Position numbers and translations under genes: made by a program. The notes below the pieces were generated by a model. That model was not told the origin of the DNA. It did no database searches and was given only the letters and a program-made list of their open reading frames with translations. Below, piece after piece: positions 59,931 to 64,000 of a stretch of 64,000 bases of DNA. Source of the DNA: a virus; IMG/VR virus record IMGVR_UViG_3300025015_000010, positions 32,001-96,000 of that record; one strand, written 5' to 3'. Within the stretch, counting starts at the first letter, position 1, and every line of letters begins with the position of its first letter.

Positions 59931-60452
59931 ATGAGCATAACATTCTATGCATCAGAAGCAAAATATCATTATCAGCGCATACTTTGTACTTCACCAGAAA
60001 TGGGCCTGACATGTACCCCGTCAAGTCGTTGTGGATATTGTGAGGATGGTTGGACGGAAGAACCTGTGTACGAAATTGAGCCACTGAATTTGTCCAATAG
60101 AAATGCCAAGCAAATTATGACTATTTTGGGTCTACCAAGCACAGACGAAGGATCTATAGATAATTCAGATTTAGATCATCTGAAAAGGCGGATCGACTAC
60201 TTGACGTCCGATAAACGGTCTCTGGTTCATCAAGGCGGCTATGATGAGTTGATGCGTTACGCTTTCGATACTGTAGACTATCGAGATATAGATTTAGAAG
60301 AAGATATGTTTGGACAAGTAGTAGCGACCCCGATTGGTCCACGTGTTATTGATGTAGGCATGAGTTACGAATATCTTGTACGCAGGTTGTTAGAACTGCG
60401 CGATTTGTTTGATCAAGCTTGGCGATCTGGTTATTCGATAGGTTGGTACTAA
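59931..60452 (+). CDS. hypothetical protein
   Basis: ORF track. Confidence 0.7.
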   Translation: MSITFYASEAKYHYQRILCTSPEMGLTCTPSSRCGYCEDGWTEEPVYEIEPLNLSNRNAKQIMTILGLPSTDEGSIDNSDLDHLKRRIDYLTSDKRSLVHQGGYDELMRYAFDTVDYRDIDLEEDMFGQVVATPIGPRVIDVGMSYEYLVRRLLELRDLFDQAWRSGYSIGWY

Positions 60453-60453
60453 G

Positions 60454-61212
60454 GTGGCCAAAAAATCACATTTACGTAAGCACAGTCCGAAAGCCGCTTG
60501 GGACATACAATCCTGGCTGGCAAGTTATCTAAATACAGACGTGGATATCTATGATTTTTCGTGGACTATCCGTGAGTTCTTAGCAGATCAAGAAATTGAG
60601 TCCGATGCTGAGTATGTTGAAGATTTGACTGAGCAACAGCAGGTCGAATTCAAAGATTGGCTGTTGAGGGATAGTAAAATAGACAACATCTGTCAGGGTC
60701 AAGAAGTAGACTGTCCATCATATTTAATGTTCAGGGACGCTCGGGTACTCCCTAAAGGTACTTGGCTAGTACATTTTTCTAGCAAGTATTTTAGCCAGTT
60801 TAAGTACGGTTCAAACTATGAGCGGTTGCATCTGTCAACATGGTTCATTAAAAAGCATAAAGTTAAGTCTAACAATCTCAGTGATGAAATTGGTGCTGCT
60901 GAAGTAGTATTCGGTTTTGCTTTTGATACGGATCAGATGAATCGTATTATATGTCATGGTCACAGGTTTGGTAAGCACGTTAAGCTATTCCAATGTGATA
61001 TGGCAGTAGAAGCATACCATACTAGCGACGGCTATAGACAGGTTATTTTCCCTCTTGGCAGTGAGTATAACGTGATTGATCTATCCGAGGTATATAGTAA
61101 TGGCAACATTGATGTTGAGTTAAGTGGCGGCGACGTAATCAGGGTAGACAGTGTCTCAGAAGTTATTGATCTAGCAGCACATGGCAGAATCGAAGTGAGT
61201 AATTACACATGA
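60454..61212 (+). CDS. hypothetical protein with a possible ART-like C-terminal half
   Basis: WLVHFS...FAF...FG...QVIF. Confidence 0.45.
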   Translation: MAKKSHLRKHSPKAAWDIQSWLASYLNTDVDIYDFSWTIREFLADQEIESDAEYVEDLTEQQQVEFKDWLLRDSKIDNICQGQEVDCPSYLMFRDARVLPKGTWLVHFSSKYFSQFKYGSNYERLHLSTWFIKKHKVKSNNLSDEIGAAEVVFGFAFDTDQMNRIICHGHRFGKHVKLFQCDMAVEAYHTSDGYRQVIFPLGSEYNVIDLSEVYSNGNIDVELSGGDVIRVDSVSEVIDLAAHGRIEVSNYT

Positions 61213-62189
61213 GACCTATTTTTGCAATGCCTAAATATAGACCGTTCTCGGCCGTTATAACCAGCCACAGAGATGGCTGGCTATATGGTCATTCTGGTGA
61301 TGAGTATGATGTGTATAGACCTTTGCATATGACCTTAGACGGTTGGATGTACGCTACGCATTCATTTGGTCAAGTACTGACCAATGGTAAGTCTGTCTTT
61401 GGTGCAATCAGAAAGTCAGGTTATTTGTTGCCGGAAATAGACCGTAATTCAGCTACGCTCAAACGTAGTCCCACGGGGCAAGGCTCTATGTTTCCAATCG
61501 ATGCGATTGCTGGTGATGATAAGCTAGTATTTTTTCGCCCAGGATCACCACTCCCTGGCGCTGGTGCTTTCTTCTTCGCCGCCAGGTCGTTGATACTGGA
61601 TTTCGGAGGTAGAGTAGGCACGGATATATTAGGCGATTACAAGAGAATATTGGAAAAAGCGATGGCCGATTTTGGGTTACCATACAATAAATGGACTCAT
61701 GCACGAGAGAGCATAAAGCATAAAGAACTCGATTTGCTGGAACAGATGAAAGGTGAGCTAACTGGAGACGAAGCCTACAAAATGCGTGACGAGATTTTTA
61801 CAAAGTTTGATTCTGATCTTCGTTGGGCTATCCTAGATTTGCCACAAGAAATTGTTGAGGAATTCTATGTGCGCGTGCAAAGGTTTCGTGATACTGAACG
61901 ATCAGGTGGACTAGAAGCAGCAGATTTCGTGGACAGACTAGAGGCTCAGCAGGCTATTGGTTACCCAGGAGCGGCAATTAACTATTCAGAAAGATACGAG
62001 ATCACCGTCGAAGGTCGCGTGCCTATTGATAGCGCATTTGGGTGGATGTATAACACTACAAACGGAGTAGACTTTGGTTTTCGAGAGGAATTCTATCCGT
62101 ATTACGAGTATGTTGAATTGTTAGATAGAGCAGTCGCTAGCAGATTGAACCCAGATACGTATTTTCTTGAGGATGTGGTGAACATATGA
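61209..62189 (+). CDS. DarT-like ART family, paralog 4
   Basis: ATH, GYLLP, DAIAGDDKLVFF, AFFF and EITVEGRVP. Confidence 0.6.
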   Translation: MRPIFAMPKYRPFSAVITSHRDGWLYGHSGDEYDVYRPLHMTLDGWMYATHSFGQVLTNGKSVFGAIRKSGYLLPEIDRNSATLKRSPTGQGSMFPIDAIAGDDKLVFFRPGSPLPGAGAFFFAARSLILDFGGRVGTDILGDYKRILEKAMADFGLPYNKWTHARESIKHKELDLLEQMKGELTGDEAYKMRDEIFTKFDSDLRWAILDLPQEIVEEFYVRVQRFRDTERSGGLEAADFVDRLEAQQAIGYPGAAINYSERYEITVEGRVPIDSAFGWMYNTTNGVDFGFREEFYPYYEYVELLDRAVASRLNPDTYFLEDVVNI

Positions 62190-62965
62190 GATCAGTCTAT
62201 CATATTGTAGGCCTAAGCTACTGCCAGCCTGATCCCTCGGCAGCAGATAGTTATTATGATCAAGAAATCGAACAGCCAATTATAGAAACCTTTGAGGCCG
62301 TGTTAGCCAAAGGCGAATTACTGGCACCGAGTCAATTCGGTAGTATTGCGAGTCCGACACTGATCGATGCTATGGCAGGGGATAATCATTATGTTTTTCT
62401 CGGAGAGAGTCTAACTGGGCCTGCAAATTATGAGTGCCCAGAAGAATACTCCTACGGATTTGCATTTGATGCCTATCAGCTAATTGAGCTAGGCTGTGGC
62501 GTTCGATTTGGCGATTTGATTGTGGCTTATGAGCACGAAATTATGAATTTTGTAGGCGATGCGCCCTGGAGTCAGAATGATCTTGAGAAAGTTAACCAGT
62601 TTTTGGCCAATGGCAGCCTAGATCCGGTAGAAGAAATGATGGCTCTTAAAGGCCATGAGTATGAGATAGAAACGAAGAAAGCACGTAGGCGCGAAAAAGA
62701 GTTGATGGAGATAGTAGGTGTTCTCGAATCTCCACCTGATGAATTGCGTCATAGACTACAACAGATAGCTGATCAGAATACGATGTTCGGCAACGCGGCT
62801 ATTGAGGCACTAGAAAGTCATAGAGATATGGAGTTTGTGACGCCAGAGAAACTAAGTCTTACAGCTATGATTCACGTTATTATGGCAGGTAGAAAAGTTA
62901 GTTGGGACGAGTTGACAAGTCTGTATGATGTGAAAGTAATTAGACAGCGCGAGCTTTGGGAATAA
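62186..62965 (+). CDS. DarT-like ART family, paralog 5
   Basis: VYH, GELLAP, DAMAGDNHYVFL, FAFD and EFVTPEKLS. Confidence 0.6.
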   Translation: MRSVYHIVGLSYCQPDPSAADSYYDQEIEQPIIETFEAVLAKGELLAPSQFGSIASPTLIDAMAGDNHYVFLGESLTGPANYECPEEYSYGFAFDAYQLIELGCGVRFGDLIVAYEHEIMNFVGDAPWSQNDLEKVNQFLANGSLDPVEEMMALKGHEYEIETKKARRREKELMEIVGVLESPPDELRHRLQQIADQNTMFGNAAIEALESHRDMEFVTPEKLSLTAMIHVIMAGRKVSWDELTSLYDVKVIRQRELWE

Positions 62966-62968
62966 CAT

Positions 62969-62996
62969 TTGACTTTGCAATAAACTATGCTATAAT
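62969..62996 (+). promoter_or_regulatory. promoter, leaderless
   Basis: TTGACT-16-(TGC)TATAAT; ATG at 63003. Confidence 0.8.
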
Positions 62997-63002
62997 TTTG
63001 GC

Positions 63003-63557
63003 ATGCTTAAACCAGGTATAACTTATGCAGAAGAACTTCAGCACGCTTTAGCTCTTGCCGAGAACTGCAAATGGCTACTGGCTAAAAAGCTGAAGCAGGA
63101 ATATATGCCAGTAGTTAAGCCACAAATTGTTTGGAATACTAGACTTGGGACCACGGCTGGTAATTGCCGTACAAGAAACAAGCGCGACTATGCCAGAATG
63201 TCTCATGTAATCGAACTTAACCCTAAGCTTCTGATCGATGCCATAAAATTCAAAAGAACTCTAGTACACGAGTTAGCCCACGCAGTGACTATCGAATTGT
63301 GGCCCAGGTCTAAGCATCACGGGCGTGAGTGGAAAGCTGTAATGAGGTACATGCTAGCAGAGCCAGCAAGGTGTCATTGTTATGATACGAGTCATATCAA
63401 GCGCAGGCAGACTAGAGCCGAGATTCAATGCTCCTGCGGGAAGATATTCACACTCAGTAAGAACTGTTATACCAGGATGACCAACGGCACTACGGGCTAT
63501 AGACACAAGGAATGTAAGCGCAATCTGATCGATGCAAAATTTGTCAGGTACGTTTAG
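63003..63557 (+). CDS. SprT-like Zn metalloprotease
   Basis: TTAG, HELAH, HG.EWK..M and Zn ribbon. Confidence 0.9.
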   Translation: MLKPGITYAEELQHALALAENCKWLLAKKLKQEYMPVVKPQIVWNTRLGTTAGNCRTRNKRDYARMSHVIELNPKLLIDAIKFKRTLVHELAHAVTIELWPRSKHHGREWKAVMRYMLAEPARCHCYDTSHIKRRQTRAEIQCSCGKIFTLSKNCYTRMTNGTTGYRHKECKRNLIDAKFVRYV

Positions 63558-63607
63558 TTGTGAATAGTGGTAGACTTAAGATAGGCAGTGTTTAGAAAGG
63601 AAAAATC

Positions 63608-63856
63608 ATGGCAAAGCGAAGAAGTTCAAAGAAGTTATCTTATCGTGAGCAGCTAATAAAGAAAATCAAAGCCGCTTGGAAGAAATATGATCACGCTTAT
63701 ACCTCTGGTGATGCTAGAGAAGCTAAGTTAGAGGCAATCTACTGCACTGAAAACCTGGGCGGCGTAGCCTGTGCTTCCTGGAAAACATACAGAGACTCCT
63801 GGGCAGGTAAAGAGTGGATTAGGCGGGAAGAAATAAGGCAAAATACGAGAGCATAG
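63608..63856 (+). CDS. basic hypothetical protein
   Basis: RBS; TGGTAGACT -10 at 63571. Confidence 0.65.
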   Translation: MAKRRSSKKLSYREQLIKKIKAAWKKYDHAYTSGDAREAKLEAIYCTENLGGVACASWKTYRDSWAGKEWIRREEIRQNTRA

Positions 63857-63865
63857 AGCTACTTA

Positions 63866-64000
63866 ATGATTAACGGCATCAAATTTTTAGCATGGCATAG
63901 TGTTGGTAGTGACGATGTTAAAGCTACAATCAAGCAGATAGTCAAGCGAGGTTTCTTGCTGCCTGCTTCGATGCGCACAGGTAGAACTTGCAAGATTCAG
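63866..64000 (+). CDS. DarT-like ART family, paralog 6 (runs off the window end)
   Basis: MINGIKFLAWHSV...IKQIVKRGFLLPASMR matches the paralog 2 N-terminus (RQILDYGSLLPASMR). Confidence 0.6.
   Translation, partial: MINGIKFLAWHSVGSDDVKATIKQIVKRGFLLPASMRTGRTCKIQ

Noticed and set aside
1-64000. Stop-codon recoding
   Set aside because: Conserved genes are full length in the standard code, and TAA, TAG and TGA all terminate genes

Overview
This window looks like a 64 kb segment of a large (jumbo-type) bacteriophage or phage-like element. Genes are dense, mostly on the + strand and often overlap stop-to-start; there are five tRNAs and no host housekeeping operons. No virion structural genes or CRISPR array were recognised. 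In order it contains: (1) a glycan-modification cluster (1-4.1 kb); (2) an RNA-rich operon behind a strong sigma70 promoter (8.7-12.9 kb) carrying an orphan copy of the TnpB omega-RNA with a new guide, a ~275-nt structured RNA, Ro60/Rsr flanked by five covarying Y-RNA-like genes, a tRNA(CAT), a GIY-YIG nuclease and an anti-SD hairpin RNA; (3) an IS607 element that splits a small Cys-rich gene; (4) an Apyc1-like MBL nuclease, a sigma factor, thymidine kinase and class II RNR; (5) a three-level nested insertion in which a phage gene holds an IS200/IS605 element, which holds an IS1595 transposon carrying a BglII-like R-M system; (6) a DenV-like glycosylase, an alarmone hydrolase and an RNA ligase; (7) from 42 to 64 kb, an island of stand-alone modifying enzymes with about 12 ADP-ribosyltransferase-like genes (six are paralogs of one DarT-like family), three kinases, two GNATs, Zn-peptidases and a NUDIX hydrolase, interrupted by two more TnpB elements. 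All protein calls come from motif recognition by eye, not from database searches.
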